Positions 19,751-20,000 of a DNA stretch of 20,000 nucleotides are shown in pieces. Below the pieces are notes generated by a model. It worked only from the letters and a program-made list of their open reading frames with translations. It ran no database searches and was not told where the DNA came from. This stretch comes from Malacoraja senta (lineage: Eukaryota): NCBI GenBank assembly GCA_038087875.1, contig JAXLNO010000339.1, positions 53,960 to 73,959 on the forward strand, read 5' to 3'. The position numbers and the translations under genes are program-made. The stretch's first letter is position 1. Every line of letters begins with the position of its first letter.

Positions 19751-20000
19751 GGTAGAGCCGCTGACTCACATTGCCAGAGACTCAGGTTCAATCCTGACTT
19801 CGGGTGCTGTCTGTATGGAGTTTGCCCATTCTCCCAATGACCGCGTGGGTTTCCTCCGGGTGCTCCAGTTTCCCCCCACAGGTTTGTAGGCTAATTGGCC
19901 TCTGTAAATTGCCCCTAGTGTATAGGGAATGGCTGCAAAATAACATAGAACTAGTGTGAAGGGATGGTGAGTGGTTGGTGGCTGAATGACCTGATTCTAT
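19751..20000 (+). mobile_element. HE1-like V-SINE
   Basis: GGTAGAGCCGCTG..GGTTCAATCCTGAC..TGTATGGAGTTTGC..GCGTGGGTTTCCTCCGGGTGCTCCAGTTTCC. Confidence 0.85.

Overview
Eukaryotic DNA made almost entirely of transposable-element (TE) relics. HE1-like V-SINEs that share their 3' tail with CR1 LINEs, plus abundant Penelope pseudo-LTRs (pLTRs), point to a cartilaginous fish, probably a skate or ray (inference). No host protein-coding gene is confidently recognisable. All family calls come from by-eye translation and motif recall, with no database search. Highlights: (1) a ~2 kb decayed foamy-virus-like endogenous retrovirus pol (RT end, connection, RNase H, integrase start; 3892-5946); (2) an ISL2EU/PHIS-type DNA transposon carrying a spliced SWIM-zinc-finger gene, present twice with the same Penelope-derived left junction and bracketing a hAT fragment plus the foamy-like pol, which suggests a TE-mediated tandem duplication or composite; (3) a cluster of Penelope pLTRs at 14.6-17.3 kb with about 8 minimal hammerhead-ribozyme motifs; (4) several long hairpins at TE junctions. 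Also present: a Harbinger MITE with a perfect TTA target-site duplication (TSD), a near-intact L2 reverse-transcriptase ORF, CR1/Rex1/Tx1 fragments and a tRNA-Cys pseudogene.
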